NCBI GenBank assembly: GCA_010093815.1 | Contig: ML996585.1 | DNA from: Pseudovirgaria hyperparasitica | Taxonomy: Eukaryota | DNA: 64,000 nt | Direction: 5' to 3' (one strand) | In this document: positions 34,761 through 49,724 of the stretch, one piece after another | Position numbering within the stretch: position 1 is the stretch's first letter | How the letters are laid out: each line of letters starts with the position of its first letter | Program-made: the position numbers and the translations under genes | The notes under the pieces: model-generated | Database searches by the model: none | What the model saw: the letters and a program-made list of their open reading frames with translations, nothing else | Told to the model about the DNA's origin: nothing

Positions 34761-37700
34761 ATGCTGGATGCTCAGCATGCTGGACGCGACTCTTCGTCCT
34801 TTCACGCCGTAAATCATCATCATCATCAGCATCAAACCATGGCGTCCCCAGCTACTCGCGAGGACGCAATGCAACACGACACTGTGCAGCCTGCAGATGA
34901 GAGTGCTACGGGCACGAGCGGTGTGTCATCCGCCAGTCTGCCAAATCATCCTTCTACTTCCTCAAACCCTACCGCTACCACCTCTGTCGCCCAACCCTCG
35001 ACAGACTCTCCCCATCCTGCTGCCATCAACAACAACCCTCCCACCGCCGAATCCACCTCGACGCCAGACCAACCTGCACAGTCACAGCCCATGACCACGT
35101 CCAACTCGACGTCTTCAAATGCCTCTGCCAAGCAATCAAAGGACTCCAACATGGCTGCTACTTCTACTACTACTACCACTACCAACACCACCAACACCAC
35201 CGCCGCCGCCGCCGCTGCGCCTTATGGGACGCGTTCTCGAGGCACTCGCAATGTAGCACGCCCCAACTACGCCGAGGACGCCGACCTCATGGACTTTGAG
35301 CTGACCCAACCGGCCAAGAATGGCACTGCGCCCTCTGAATCAGGCGTGAAAAGCTCTGCAAATTCGGAGACTCAGGACTCGCCGACGGTGGCATCGCGCA
35401 AGGCAAACGCGAATGGGACTGCAAATGGCGCTTTCACCTCTGTCAATGACGCGAAAAAGGACGCGCCTGTTGCTGGCACTTTGACTTTTTCGACGACTGC
35501 TACCACAACCACCACCAACTCCTCCACTCCTGCGCCTGCGCCTGCGCCGGCACCGTCAAAGAGACGAAAGGCCCAGGCAAACCATGCTGCATCAAACGGT
35601 TCACTTGCGACGAGCACGGCAGGCACGCAATCAAGCTCGCGAAGAACCTCACATCAGATTGCAGCAGTTGCACAGCCATCACGCCAAAGCAACATGTACA
35701 CGTTCGAAAAGTCAAAGGCCATGTTGAAGAATGGCAAGCTGGAGGCAGACGATGGCACAGTATTCAACGTAAATGGTATGTTTTGTTTTTTGTTCTCTTT
35801 TCTCTCTTTTTGCACTTTTTGTTCAAGCTCTGTGCTGTTGTTGTTGTTGTTGTTGTGGTGGTGGTGGTGGTGGTGGTGGTGTTGGAGGTAGTGCATGGTG
35901 CATGCAGTTGTGGGTGGTGGGAGGGTGGCGATTACTGGGGCAGGCGCACGCATTGGCTTGAGGCTTGGCTAACGCGTCACAGATCACGTCTATCTAATTT
36001 GCGAACCGCCGGGAGAGCCATACTATCTCTGTCGACTGATGGAGTTTGTGCGCGATGAGAGCAATGATCCAAACTCGCCGATTGTGTCAATCCGAGTGAA
36101 TTGGTTCTATCGCCCTCGAGACGTGCAGCGTTTCAATAACGATACGCGACTTGTCTATGGCACGATGCATTCCGACATCTGTCCGCTGACTTCGCTCCGA
36201 GGCAAGTGTCAGATCAAGCACCGTGCCGAGATTGGCGACGTGGACGAGTATCGCAAGATTCCAGATTCCTTCTGGTTCAATCAGGCCTTTGACCGCTTCA
36301 TCCATCGCTGGTACGAGGTCATCCCGACGAAGCAGGTGATCAACGTGCCAGAGAAGGTCAAGAAGGCCCTGGACGAACGATGGAAATACGTCGTCGTGGA
36401 GACGAGTCGCGTCAAAGAACTGACGAGCGAAGTCAAGACGTGCAAACGGTGCACCGGGTATTGCCCAAAGTAAGTAATATGGAAGGAAAAAGAATCGTTT
36501 TCGGACTCGTGTGCCGTTTGCTAACGGCTTTGGTGCAGTCCCGAATCCGTGGAATGTGCGGTCTGTCACAATACCTACCACATGAATTGTGTCCGGCCGC
36601 CGTTGTTGAAGAAACCGTCGCGGGGATTTGCGTGGGCATGTGGACCTTGCAGCAGGGCGCAAGAGCGGAAACTAGAGGCGCGACGGACACCCATCATCGG
36701 CGAGGCCAGCCACGAGGCGGAGGAAGACGAGCAGATGGAGGAGGAGGAGGAGGATGGTGTTGGGCTGGCCAAAACAGCCGATTCCACCACTGCTGCCCCC
36801 AGCCCGACTGGATACGAAGCCCCAGCGGATTTGCATCCTGCCACCCAGGCCGAAATCGCCCTTGCGCAGATGTGGCCAATGAGATACCTGGGCATTCATG
36901 CTCGCGTAGAAGACGCTCTCCAGTACGACGATCGAGCAATCTACCCACGCGCAAGCTCTCGACTGGGCCCGCGTCATCAGGCCAACGTCAACGTCTGGCA
37001 TGGTCACCCGGTCGAGTTTGTCAAGCCTGCCGAGATCAAGAGACGCTACGTCAAGGCGGGCGGCCAGAAGAAAGACACGAAGTTGTCCAAAGAGACCGTC
37101 GCCGCGCTAGAGGCTGATCGCCAAGAAAAGGCCAAGCGCCCCAAATGGGTCCAGGACGAACCGCAGGGTTACGTGAGGCGAGGCGAGGACCTACCAAACA
37201 AAGACTCGAAGAACTCGGCGAAACTCATGTTTAGGATGCCTCCTCCACAGCCGGTGCATTCAGAGCGTGGCAACGATGATGTGCCTGCTGCTGCTGCTGC
37301 GGCTGCTGCCACGGAGGCTGACCTCGACGCCTACATGCACCGCGTCAAGACCCAGGTCGCGCCCATCATCGGCGTCGAGAAGTGGAACACAAACTTCCTC
37401 GACAAGGCCCTGGAACTGTACACGACCAACAACTACAATGCCGATGCCGCCATCCGGCAGCTCAAGAAGGTCGACCGCAAGAAGGACTTGAAGGAACCAG
37501 AGCTGACCAAAGAGGAGATTAAGAAGTTTGGAGAGGGTGTTGCCAAGTACGGTTCGGAGCTTCGGAATGTTCGACTACACGTAAAGACCATCACGCCCGG
37601 TGAGGCCGTCCGCTACTACTACTTGTGGAAGAAGCGAGAGGGCAAGGAGATCTGGAAGAACTATGGTGGTCGCAAAGGCCGCACGAAGAAGCCGGATAGC

Positions 37701-40259
37701 GAAGCCACCGCGAAACTGCTCGACGACGTCGCTCACGACCAGGACGACTCTGCATTCGACTGCGAGAAGGCCGAGAGGCGGAAACGCGGCTTTCAGTGCA
37801 AGTTTTGCAACATCAGACACTCCCGACAGTGGCGAAGGGCGCCAAACGCAGCGCCCGGCCAGACTGTGCTTGCCGATGGTCGAAGCAAAGAAAAGGGCCA
37901 AAGCCTCGTCGTTGCACTGTGCCAGAGATGCGCAAACCTGTGGCGTCGCTATGCCATCAAATGGGAGAACATTGACGAAATCGCAAAGAAGATTGCCATG
38001 GGCGGTCTAAAGGCTACCAAGCGGCGCATCGATGAAGAGCTTATCAACGAGTTCAACTTTGCAAAGAACAATCCTCACGCCATGGACATTGACCCGCCTG
38101 TCGAGCACGAGACGGTAGCGGAGCCCCCCAAGAAAAGGCTAAAGGTCGCGGCACTGGACAAGGACAGAGACGGCCACTCATCTGCGTCTGAGTCCAATGT
38201 AAAGAAGAAGCAGCAGCAACAACAACAACCGCGACAACAATTCATCCAACAACCCCCTCCTCCGCCCCCGCCGCCGCCAAAGCAACCTACACCACCCCCC
38301 GTCCCAGCGCAGCCAAAGATGGCCACCCTACCATGTTGCGTCTGCTACCAGTACGACCTCGAAAACGACCGACTGATGACCTGCAACGAGTGTCGACTCA
38401 CGGTCCACCGCAAGTGCTTTGGAGTCGACAGTCGTCGCACGAACAAATGGACATGCGACATGTGCCGGAACGACCGCAAGACCCATGTCTCGTACGCGTA
38501 CGAATGTGTGCTCTGCCCGGTCACACTGAACAACATAGACCTAGTCGAACCGCCCAAGGTGTCCCACAAGAAGAAGACGGACCGCGATCGTGAACGGGAA
38601 CGGATGGAGAAGGAACTGGCAGCAAACCTAGCGGCCAGCTATCGCCAGCAACAGCGCGACAAGGGCCGGCCTGAACTTCCACGGGAGCCACTGAAGCGAA
38701 CATCTGATGGAAACTGGGTGCACGTATACTGCGCTGCCTGGGTGCCAGAGACTAGGTTCAACGACCCAAAGAGCTTGGACATAATCGAAGGCATTGGATC
38801 TGTTGCGCTGCGGTACGAGCAGACTTGCAAGGTGTGCAAGACGGACAAGGGAGCATGTGTGTCCTGCCATCAGCCCGGGTGCAACGCATTGTTCCACGTC
38901 GGCTGTGCTCATCAAGCTGGGTACATATTTGGATTCGATGTTGCACCCGTCAAGGGCTCTCGACGCGATGTCAATCCGGTGTTCACGCTGGGTGCGGACA
39001 AGGCCGAGACCGGAGCACTCAATCCTGCTATATGGTGCAGGGAACATGCTGCTCCCAAAACGATCGTCCATCCCATCACGGAAATCGTGAACGATACTCC
39101 AAACCTCACTGCCCTGCAGGTCTACGTGCGCAACTACAAGGAGGCCGACTCGTCGACAACAGGCCCGGCTCGCAAAGCGGCCCTGATGGACCAGTCAGTG
39201 CTATCCAACTCTCTTAGCGCTGCCAACCGTCGTACGTCCGCAGTGCAGGGCGGCAATGCCACGGCTGGACGTGGCTCTCGCAGAATGTCTTCTGGCGATG
39301 CACTCAAGACAGAGGACGATGAGCATGCGCCTACCATGGACCGTCACTGCACAAAATGCAAAGTCGAGGTCTCGCCAAAGTGGTGGGTCGCCAACGAAAG
39401 GACGTTGCAAAAGGAGCCTGAGCGTCCGGCTACCGCGAACGGCATCTCACCCTACGATATATCGACCAGAGAGTACTCCGCCACGGTCGGTAAACCAACA
39501 GTCTGGCTGTGCAACAAGTGTCACTGGAAGAAACGGAATGCAGTCGAGGAGACTGAAGAGCGTCCACCGTCCAGGCCTGAAGCTATACGCCCGGAAGTGC
39601 CTGTCACCATGCCTCTGCGATCACCCACGACCATCCCCTACCCAGCTCCAACTCCCTGGAACCAACCTGGAGGTCCCATCGCGCAGCCCGCGCCTCCACT
39701 GTCCAGCTGGGCTGGCAATCACCCATCTTCAGCCCCGACACTGAGCAACGGCGTCACCTCCCACTCGCCTCGCGCTCACACACACCCAGCAACATACCAC
39801 GCACCCCCACCGCTACACCATTCACACCAAACAAACGGCTACCACCCCCCAAACATGCACCCAGTCGGCATCCCGCCTCCATACGGCACCGCCCATCCAT
39901 CCCACGCCCCTCTCGCCCCAATGCACGCTCCCAACGGCCACCACTCCCCCCGCCACCTCCAGCTGCACTCCCCAACTCACCCGCCTCCCCACCAGGGCTT
40001 TCCCCCTCCTCCGCCTCCTCCGCCACCATCTCGCCACACCAGCAGTCCCTACGCACCTGGTCCCTCCGGCCCGCCCCAACATCTCCCCGCTGCCTTTGGC
40101 TCCCATCATCAGAGCCCCCCGCTCTCCGCAGCGCATCCTCATCACCATAGGCCCACCACGCCGCGTACGCGTGAGAATACCCTCCCGCCGCTGCCTGCTG
40201 AGCGGCCGATGCCGAGCGGTGCGAGTGCGAGTCCTAGTCTGCGCAATCTCCTGCACTAG
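34761..40259 (+). CDS. SNT2: Snt2 chromatin protein (BAH, PHD, ELM2/SANT, zinc finger, PHD/ePHD)
   Basis: Introns 35776-35982 and 36470-36538. BAH (DHVYLICEPPGEPYY, VNWFYRPRD), PHD (CAVCHNTYHMNCVRPPL) and ePHD (WVHVYCAAWVPE). The start could instead be ATG 34839. Confidence 0.92.
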
Positions 40260-40702
40260 GGGGGGATTGAGGGTTGGAGCGAGGGAGATGATGGATGGAT
40301 CGAGGAAGGGATAGAGAGAGAATAAGGGAGGAGAATTTTGGGGGCATATTTGTATTTGTACTTTTTAGACAAGAAAACGGAGATGATGCAGATGAGGCCG
40401 ATGAAGAGGTCGATGGAGATGAGGCAGTAGAAGCTAGGAAGGATGGGAAGGAGGGTAAGGAGGGGAAAATGTAAAAATGTAAAGAAATTAAAAGACAATT
40501 AAGAAAGGATTTTCATTTTTCGGTTCTCATTGATTTTCTGATTAGCATTTTTTGCGGGGGAGAGGGGGAAAAGGGGTGGTAAGTCCGATTAGTGGTATGT
40601 GCTGTCTCGTGTCTTGTGTCTTGTGTCTTGTGTCTTGAGTATACGTCTACCACCACTCACTCACTCACTCACTCTCGTCGATCCTATGGTCATCGATCCC
40701 AT

Positions 40703-40704
<2 letters not shown>

Positions 40705-40743
<39 letters not shown>

Positions 40744-40988
40744 CGCGCAAACATTCAGAGGGCTTTTGAGGTTTCTTGAGCTTTTTGAAGTTGGGGGTGG
40801 CAGGGAGTTGGATGGGGAGTTGGATTGGGGGGTCAGAGGAGGGGGGAAGGGGGGTATTCAGGGTTTTTTTCTATTTCTTTTTTATCATGAGGTTGGTGTT
40901 TTTTTTTTGGGTTTTTTTTTTCTTTTTTTTTCTTTTTTTTTTCTTCTCAAATGGGGTGAGTGTGAGGTATGAGAGGTATGAGAGGTAT

Positions 40989-41068
<80 letters not shown>

Positions 41069-41290
41069 GTGTAGGTGTCGTGCGTGCTGAATACCTGGGC
41101 CCGATATGGGTAGGATAGGGTTGGATTAGATCCAACTGGATGGTGCTTGTTACTTGTTTCTTCTGATATTCCGGTGGCAGTAGTTGATACTTACTCGACA
41201 CCCCGTATCTCCTGGGTCGTTTTTCGTTGAAGAAGAAGAAGAAGAAGAAGAAGAAGAAGAAGAAGAGGAGGAGGAGGAGGAGGAGGAGGA
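40705..41290. repeat. Microsatellite cluster: (AT)n 40705-40739, poly-T tracts, (GT)n(GA)n 40988-41065, (GAA)n(GGA)n 41229-41290
   Basis: Direct reading. Confidence 0.95.
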
Positions 41291-42115
41291 GTTTGAGAAT
41301 TGGGGGGGTTAGTTGGTTTTTTGGCGGCATTTGCCAGGCAGGGGGTTTATTTTGTTTGGCTAGGGAGGGGGCAGAGTCTATAGAAATCATCAAATTGGGA
41401 ATACGAAAAGGAAACATTACCGGATTTCTCGATTGATATTGTGTGCTTTGTGCGCGTGTGTATACTGTGACGGGACGGGGGGCGAGTTGAGATGGAATTG
41501 AATGAGGTAGATGATGAGTGAGTGGCAAGGCAGGGGAAGGGGAGGTGATTAGTTGAGATGTTGGGTAATTTAGATTGATTAAATACAATCCAAAGAAAAC
41601 ATATAGAAAATGCACACACCAATTACACGCCAATTACGGTTTCTTCTTCCTTGTGAGATAAACACAGCTTGGTTCCTTGTCATGTACCGTGAGTAAGTGA
41701 GTGAGTGAGTGAGCGCCTGGATGCTAGGTATACATATATATAAATATCCGTAGGAGCGTGCGTGTGATAGGGACCACTCATAGGAAAGTGATCGATTGGT
41801 ATATATATATGCTATGCTATGCTACTCTATATAGTACAGTACGTGGAGGATGCTATGGACGGATAGTCCTGGCTGTGCGTATGCAGAGGAAAGACTGTTC
41901 GCCGGCGATGGGCATATGTCTGGCCCTCGAGCACTACTACTGTGCGGGGACCGGGGTGCGTCTGGAGATACAAGGGAAAAACACGGCCATTAGCTGCATT
42001 CATGCCGCATGTTGGGGGTATGATTATGGTATAAGAGTAAGAGAAACGTGGAGCGAAAGTGATGCGATGCGGCCGTGAGTATCATGAGTCGTCAATCGGG
42101 CGGTCCTTGCTTTCA

Positions 42116-43581
42116 TCACGGCCACCAGTTCATGCGCTTGTAACTCTCAATGACACTCTCCACCTCCTCCTTCGTCAGCTTCGGGTGTGTATATCTGGCA
42201 ACATGTTAGTCCGGTTCTCGTCCCCCTTACCGCCCTCAATCACTCACTGAAATCCCGTCGCATTTTCAAACGCACTCCCGTCCAAACACAGATCGGTATC
42301 CTTCAATAACTCCTTCTCCATAAACGGCGACAGCGGTCCACTCGTTGGAATTCCCGCGTCGAGCAGCAGGTCTGCCCAAGGATCCATTGTCTCTTCGTTA
42401 ACATCGTCCACCACAGAATCCAGATGCATACGGGCGAATGTGCTGATCAGCGTGCCTTGAAAGCCTGTTTCAATCTTGAATATTTCATGAAATATACGCG
42501 CTTGCGTGCCCTGGCTCGTGTCGCCGTGGTCGACAATGTTGAAGACCGTCGGCCCGGCCGTTGGCGACTGTTTCGAATACCAGTGTGCTGCCGTCCATGC
42601 CGCAGCTGTTACATCGTCAATGTGAACTGTATGTGTACGCAAGTCTTCCTTCCACAGCCACTTCATCTCCTTCTCCTCGCTCTGGTACACGCGCGCCATA
42701 CACAGTGCAGTCCCCAAGAACTTTCCTACATACGGACCATACACATGTGGTAATCGCAGAATCAGAAGTGGCAAGCCCTCAATTTTGGCGAGGTCCTCTT
42801 CAGCAGTGAGTTTCCACTTTGCGAGCTTGAGCCATGGCTTGAGTTTGTCAGTCTCCTTGCAAGGCGTCGACGACGGATTGTACACCATTCCGGTGCTCAT
42901 TTCGATGAAGCATTTAACTTTGCGCTTTGCGGCTTCGCGGCCAACAGCGAGCGAGAGAGCATGAGAACGCAGGCGATAGACCTCGTCTTCTTGACTGTAG
43001 CGTGTCTCGCCTCCACAATTAAAGACATAGTCGAACTGGGCGCCGTCCGGACGGTCGAATACCTTTTGTAGAGTAGCTGGACAGAAAAAGATTGAGGTCA
43101 GCTTTCAACTTTCTCTTTCACCCTGGCTATATCTTTTTGACAGGAGATTTTCAAAACGCACCCTCTCTTGACGCGTCTGCCTGCATGAATCTGTCCCGGG
43201 AGCACGCCTCTTTCAATTCAGGCGCAAGCATTGCCAACTCAGGCAAATGTTTGTCCACCAGTCTCATATCGGAGGCGAGGCCATTGTCATGTATGTATTT
43301 CGCCAAGAAGCGGCCGATATATCCTAGACAATATGGAATCAGCGTACATGGTCAGACGTGCGGATGTTATGCACCAAAATCTGGAGCCAAAGCGGCACAG
43401 CTCTAGAGGCTGCACGACGGCCACGACCACAGTACAGTCCAGTGAAGAGACAAAGATGTGCTTATGGAGAGCCCAGGATATCTGCATTGCAGTCGTATGC
43501 AGGATGAGTGAATCCGAGCAATAACATACCGAGTCCCCCAATGATCAAGACAGAGGGCTTCGATCCATCAGTTTCTGCCAT
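42116..43581 (-). CDS. NAD-dependent epimerase/dehydratase family (SDR) protein
   Basis: Spliced N-terminus SVLIIGGLGYIGRFLA (Rossmann motif). Introns 43324-43529, about 43077-43161 and about 42195-42248. Ends YKRMNWWP*. Confidence 0.88.
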
Positions 43582-46500
43582 GGCGGGGTAGTAGCGTACA
43601 GCAAAGTCCAGCGCAGCCAGCCAATGTCAGACGGCAAAAGCAGATCAAGAAAGGGTCCTGACTGTAAGAATGGCGGGGGATGAAGTGCTGACAGATGGCG
43701 TAGGGCAGCGAGGGTGATGCTTGGTTGGTGGGGTTGTTGAAGGGAGGGAGCGGACGAGTGTGGTGGCAGGACTCCAGGAGAGACGTCAATATGCTCTTTA
43801 ACAGTTTAAACTCAGAGGAGCAAGAGGCGTGAAAGTCGGTGAGAAGAAGGCATACCAGGCCAATTGCGGAGACGGGGGAGTAGAGAAGTGGAGAGAGTGA
43901 GTGGGAAGAAGATGGTGCTGGTTTTGGTCTTGTATGAAGTTGCGTTGCCGGCGGATGTCAGGCAGGCAGGCACACACACAGGCAAACACAGGCAGAAAGG
44001 CAGGCAGGAAAATGCTCAACCTCAGGCTAATTACCACTCCCACTTACTACCTACCACCGCTATCGCTACCACTACCACTAATACCGCTAATCACAAGTAC
44101 AGTAAATAAGCAATAAGCAATACTACATTATCCTACACTGCAATCGATCGAACACACCGCGGACAAGGACGGGCGGGTCTTGGCTAAACACACTCACACG
44201 TCCCGAACTCTGCATAGGCGGGAGTGCAAGGGGCAAAGGCAAGGGGGTGACGCCCACCAACAAGCGAGTGACGACACCGACCGATAGCCAACATCCCAGG
44301 CGCATAGTGAAGAATCATGCGGGCTCTATCGCACTCTCGATCAGGCTGGACAGAATCATCTTCATCATCATCATCTAGTGATAGCCACTTCACCACCCTT
44401 TCTTCACGTCACTTCTCTGTCGTTGACGCTGCTGCTGAAAAGCAGTGAGCAACTGTACAGGAGCAGAGTCTGGCCTGTCCTCGGACTTTCGTCATCCAAG
44501 GACGATTGACCCAGGAGGAATGAAAAAGGCCGCAGGACTAAAAGAAAAGTTTGCACCGGCGATTATAGCAGACTACTGAACTTATAATCTATGATAACTT
44601 CAAGACAGCACCTACGAGTCCACAGCGGCCGCTCCCCCCTCCTCCAGCAATACAGTAAGTACCCGGCCAAAGGAACCCCCGACGCCGTCGATGGCATGCA
44701 TGCAGTGCATGTCGAATGTCGACAGGGCAGCTCGCAGTGGTGGCGGTCCATCTATATGCAGGAGTCAGTGACCTGCATGCCTCTGCAGTGCTAATTTGAT
44801 GCTAATATCGGAAGCGGAGCAATAGCCTACGATACGATACGCTGCCCCCATCGTCCGACCCGCTCGCGCTGCAGCCGTTTGCGCGCGGCACTGCGGCAGT
44901 AATCACAAGGGGTAGTGACAATGCTAAATGCTATCTATCAAGAGAACTCCAAGTCTTCTTAATGCACTTGCAGCTGCAGCTACGAGAGCCGGCAGCATAT
45001 CGCCCGTCAGGATTGCATCGCCAGCTCCGTCGTGCTGCATCACTCAACAACTTCCACTTTGATGGCCAGAGTCGGCCCCCTCTTCTTCTCTTCTGCATGG
45101 CCTTGTACATATACTGGTACCTGGCTCCACTGTTATCGAAACAAAGTTTAGGTATCTTCTTCCTTCGACTTCATTTGGGCAGCTAGCACCACCGAGGGCG
45201 ACGTGCCCGCCAAAGCTCGGTCGAAATCCAGGGGAAAACGTTGCTGTGTCATTATTTCTGCTTCTCGCTGCAATCTTCTCGGCATCGTACGGAGTGGACA
45301 GTACACGTTATCTTGTCCTTGGCCGTTGCTCCGCACTTCAACGCGCGCGCATGCAGTGGTCCCGCCCCAAGAACGCTGCACCGTAATGACCGTCCGCGTA
45401 GACCGCCCAGAGCAGACGATCACAAGGTCACCGCATGAATATCTCTTGGCCAATACAATCGACTAACACCCCGACTGACCTCGGTGAGATTCGCGACTTG
45501 GACCGCAAGCCAGTCAGTGAGGCGCGGCACATACTGTGCATCTTATCAACCACTGAACAGATCCCACACAATTTTGACCGATCAATAATTAGCGACCCAT
45601 CATGCGTTTGTGAAAAGTGCTCACTTCCACTTCATTTCCTGAATGCACGTGAGTATAACAGTGGTCTAGCGCCGCAGTGCCTAGATCTGCGTAGTAGTAC
45701 TGCGCCCAACGAACGAGTTGAACTTCTTTTCTTTTCACCTACAGGTCGACTGTTATAGAACGACGTAGCAGATAGGTTCATATCATCAACAGGCAGTACC
45801 AATCAGCCAGTAGAGCCAGCAGTCGATACTTAGCAATGGGGGGTAGGTCGTGGGTAGCGGACAGTCTTGCGGTATAGACCGTATCTCAGTCAGCACTGTA
45901 CGATTCCGATCTTGTAAAGGGACGGTGCGATGTTACTAGCAATCATCTTCCTTAGTCTTTCTTCCCACGTGAGTTTGTAGAGGCATAATCCAGAACTTCT
46001 GACATGACACGATCGTGTTTTGTTCCATCTTGCTTTCCCGTTCTGCAGGCATCTTCGTTCCAAACGCAGGGATGCATGGCCCCGCTAGCTGCGCGTACCG
46101 ATCCGCCCCCTGGAGCCTGGGAACAAGCGTTTCCCAAGCCAGACGACCGGGGATGCCCGCATTGCATGCACTCCGCAACAACAGGTGATTAGGTGCATCT
46201 AAGAATTCTATCCTCAAGAAAATATGCTAGCGCGGACAACTGTTGCTTTTCGTGATATATACAATCCGATAAAAGATGCGTAGCTAATGCTAGATCGCCT
46301 TTCGCCCAGGCCTCGTCCAGATATCCCAAAGCCCCTCGTGCTAGCTATGTAACGCTCTAGTCCTCTGACCATAGATAGATATGACGGTTCAGACGAGGAC
46401 GCTATGTGGAGACAGCCTTATCCTGATTGCAGTCGTCAGAGCAGTAACTCTATGCTTGAATCCCATGTGTCGCATACTTACTTCGCCAATAGTCTTTAGC

Positions 46501-46660
46501 TTTTCTGTATCTAATGTACGACGCCGCCCCAACGCCAATAATGCAAGGAAATGTACATGAAAGCAAGCAAAGTCGAGAAATCGGAAGCCAGACGGATGGC
46601 CGTGGTGGAGGCATGAATCGCGGAGACCAGAGTCACCATGTATAGTATGAAGTGGAAGTC

Positions 46661-49600
46661 TTAGAATTCCCATGTTTCGTCGACAGATTTGACCGCCCAG
46701 TCGAACTTCTCACGGAGGGTTTTCGAAAAGAAACGTTCGATCGGTACGTTGAATTTCTTGGAGAAGACGACAGTCAAGCGTGGATCAATGTAGTTCTAGC
46801 GTCTCGTTAGCAGATCTACCAATTTAAGGTTTCTCAAATACTCACGATCTTCGATGTTCCAAGAGCAACCTCCTTGTTGCCTTCTTTGTCCTCGTACTGG
46901 ATCTTCATGGTCCGGATGCGCTGTTCAAGTTTCTCGATGTTGGCCTCAATCTTTTCAATCGTTGGTCCCTTGCCTTCGGCCTCGACCTTCCCTGTTTTGT
47001 TCTCCTTCTTGAATTGCTTGGCTAGGTCGTCTGCGTCCTTGAGACGCTCATCAAGCTCCTTGTCTTTCATTTCCTTACCACCTTCAGCCTTCAGCTTCTC
47101 ATTTTCCTTCTCGAATTTCTTGGTAATCTTGGTCCGCTGTTCGTCAACAAGGAAAGCTTGATGTTGCAGGACCCATTCGTCGTCAAGGTCTTTATCGCGC
47201 TGAAAGAAATCGGCGCCTCGCTTCTTTTTCTGTTTTGAATCCAGATCTAGCATCTGCTGTCGGAGACGCCATTGCTGATATCGCAAACCGTTGATTTTTT
47301 CTTGCATCTTCTCCATCTGACCCGCGTGACTCGCAGCGACTGTACGCTTGTGGTTACAAAGAATGGCAACCCTGCGATTGGCATCATTGTAGTCTTTGAC
47401 TTTCTCCGGGACAGTCCCCACTGACTTCATATCTTGCAACAGACTTGACATGGTCCAAGACGCATTATAGGTACGGAAGACCTTCGCTGTCAATCCAGGC
47501 ATGTAGTTGCTCAAGTGCTTGTTGAGCGCTGAGGTGGTCAGTCTGTCGAATATCTCATCGCCATCAGTCTTAGGAGCCTTCTTGAAAAGCTTCAAATTCT
47601 TGAAGACTTGTGGATCGACTTCAACCTCATCGTAGAATCGGATAGAATCTTTACCAAGGAAATCGAAGATGACAATGTTTGGAGGCTTGAGAGTAACATG
47701 CTCGTACTTCAACGAACAACATCCCACCGTGTCTGCTTCATCTTCGCCCTTTTCATTGCCCGCACGAAGCGCAAACTTATCGATGAGATAAACGGCTGTC
47801 GCGCGCTGTCGATCGGCCATGAGGTCAGCTTTCAGGTCCTTGGTGTAGTCCTTGCGAATCCTCGCGATATGCTTCTTGAGCTCACGAGCCTTCTCAAATT
47901 TCTTGAAGTCGCTTTGACCCTTGATGTCTGAATTGGCGGCAAGCATGACATACTTGTAAGCACCATTGATGTTTTCTTGCCACATGGCAAGCCAGGTTCC
48001 AGTGTTGTCATGTTTCACCTCTTTCCATTCATGGCCTTCTGGTGGGGGTGGCACCTTTGCCTCTTTACCGATGTTGATTGTGATCTGCTCTGGCAGGACT
48101 CTTTTCTTGACCCGGCCGGTCTTGGGATGTTCTCCCCGACCACGGAAGAGCGAAGGAGGTTCAACACGGAAGTTCCCGACCTTTTGCTTTCGCCCATCCC
48201 ACATGCAGTACTGATACGGAGCTTCTGCCTTATCCTTGACTTCTTTGATGGCCTTCTTCTCATCCTTGGACAAGTTCTTCTTCCTAGTACGCTCAGAGTC
48301 GAACCACTCGAAGATGGGCTTGAAGTCGCACTTCGAAAATTCTTTGATTTTCACAGGCTTGCCATCCCTATCTTTGGCGCCTCCTGATTCTTTGATGATC
48401 TCTTGGAAATCTTCAAAGAAGTTTTTGTTAAAGGTCGGGTTCTCGACATTGACGGTCGAGTTGAGCATAGATCCGTAGAATCCAGCAACTTCTTCAGCCT
48501 GAGGGGCCAGTGTGACGGGAACACCATCATAGAGCAGCTTTACATGCTTTGGGAGCCGTTCATACTCTGGAGGGAAGAGCACACCGTTATGTTCGAGAGT
48601 GGTCCATTTCGTAGTGCCATCTCCTTTGGCCGTATCTTCCCACCAGCGATATTCTTCCTCTTCCTCCTCGCCTGCTTCTTCTTGTGGCGACTCCTCTTTG
48701 ACAACTTTGCCCCTTTTTTTCGCCGGTGTCGAGCTTTCATTTTTCACCTTAGATTTCGCCTTCGCTGCTGTCGTCTTCAAAGGTTTATCATCATCAGGTT
48801 CTTTCTTCACGCCATTTGACATCCTTGGTTTCTTTGCATAAGGTGCAACTTTTGATTTCTTGGCCAAGGGAACATCGCTGTCACTGTCAGCGGCTTTGGA
48901 CTGACGTTTTGGCTTCCCATTAGATTTGTTTTTCGCGTTAATAGCATTTGCTGTCCTTTCGGCCTTCTTTTCAATCTTCTGCTTCTGAACGGCAAGCTTC
49001 CTCTCTATGGGTACATCTGAGTCCTCTGATTCACCTATCTGACTGGCGCGTATTCTTGGTGGTTTCCTGATACCCCCGATCAAGGGCTCATCGTCAGAGT
49101 CGGATCCCATAGTAGATTTTTCAGGTATTGCAGTCTTCCGCCGTTTTGACTTCATCATCGTCAGTAATTATGAGCTCATGAATGACGATTGTGAACGAAC
49201 CAAAGGTTTACTGTCTTCCTCGTCTGAGCTAGACGCGTCTTTGTAGTTCTTCCCATTGGTGATGCTACTCCGTGCCTTGCGTTTCCCATTGGTAGTACCG
49301 TTTGCCTCGGTAGTGTCCACATTCATTGGCTCTACTGGGCCCATTCTGACCGAGATGCCCGCCGGCTGTCCATTCGAAGGGTTCTGTCTGTCCATGGCAC
49401 GATCAACACTCTTTGGAATATAAGTGCTTGACTTGACTGAAAGGATCTATGATCAGCAAAATCGGATGAGGTTGGACAAGTAGAGCATGCCAGGATGTGG
49501 AGGATACATTGGGGAAATGCTGGTCGCGGAGCAGTCGACTTTTGAGCGCGTGTCCGTGTGATCCGATGAATGAGAGCCAAGACAAACAACGACAATTGAC

Positions 49601-49724
49601 AGCTGTTATGCAGCTGGGGGAAGTGTTGGGACATCATGAGAGACTACAAGCACGTCGCGGGAATCTGCTCACCTCCATTATTTCTGCCTCGAGCTAGCGG
49701 CCTGTCATCCTCCGACGAAGACAT
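46661..49724 (-). CDS. TOP1: DNA topoisomerase I (type IB)
   Basis: [34 protein letters not shown] and AILCNH. Catalytic TSKI|NYIDPR spans intron about 46796-46845. 5' introns at 49437-49672 and 49150-49200. Confidence 0.97.
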
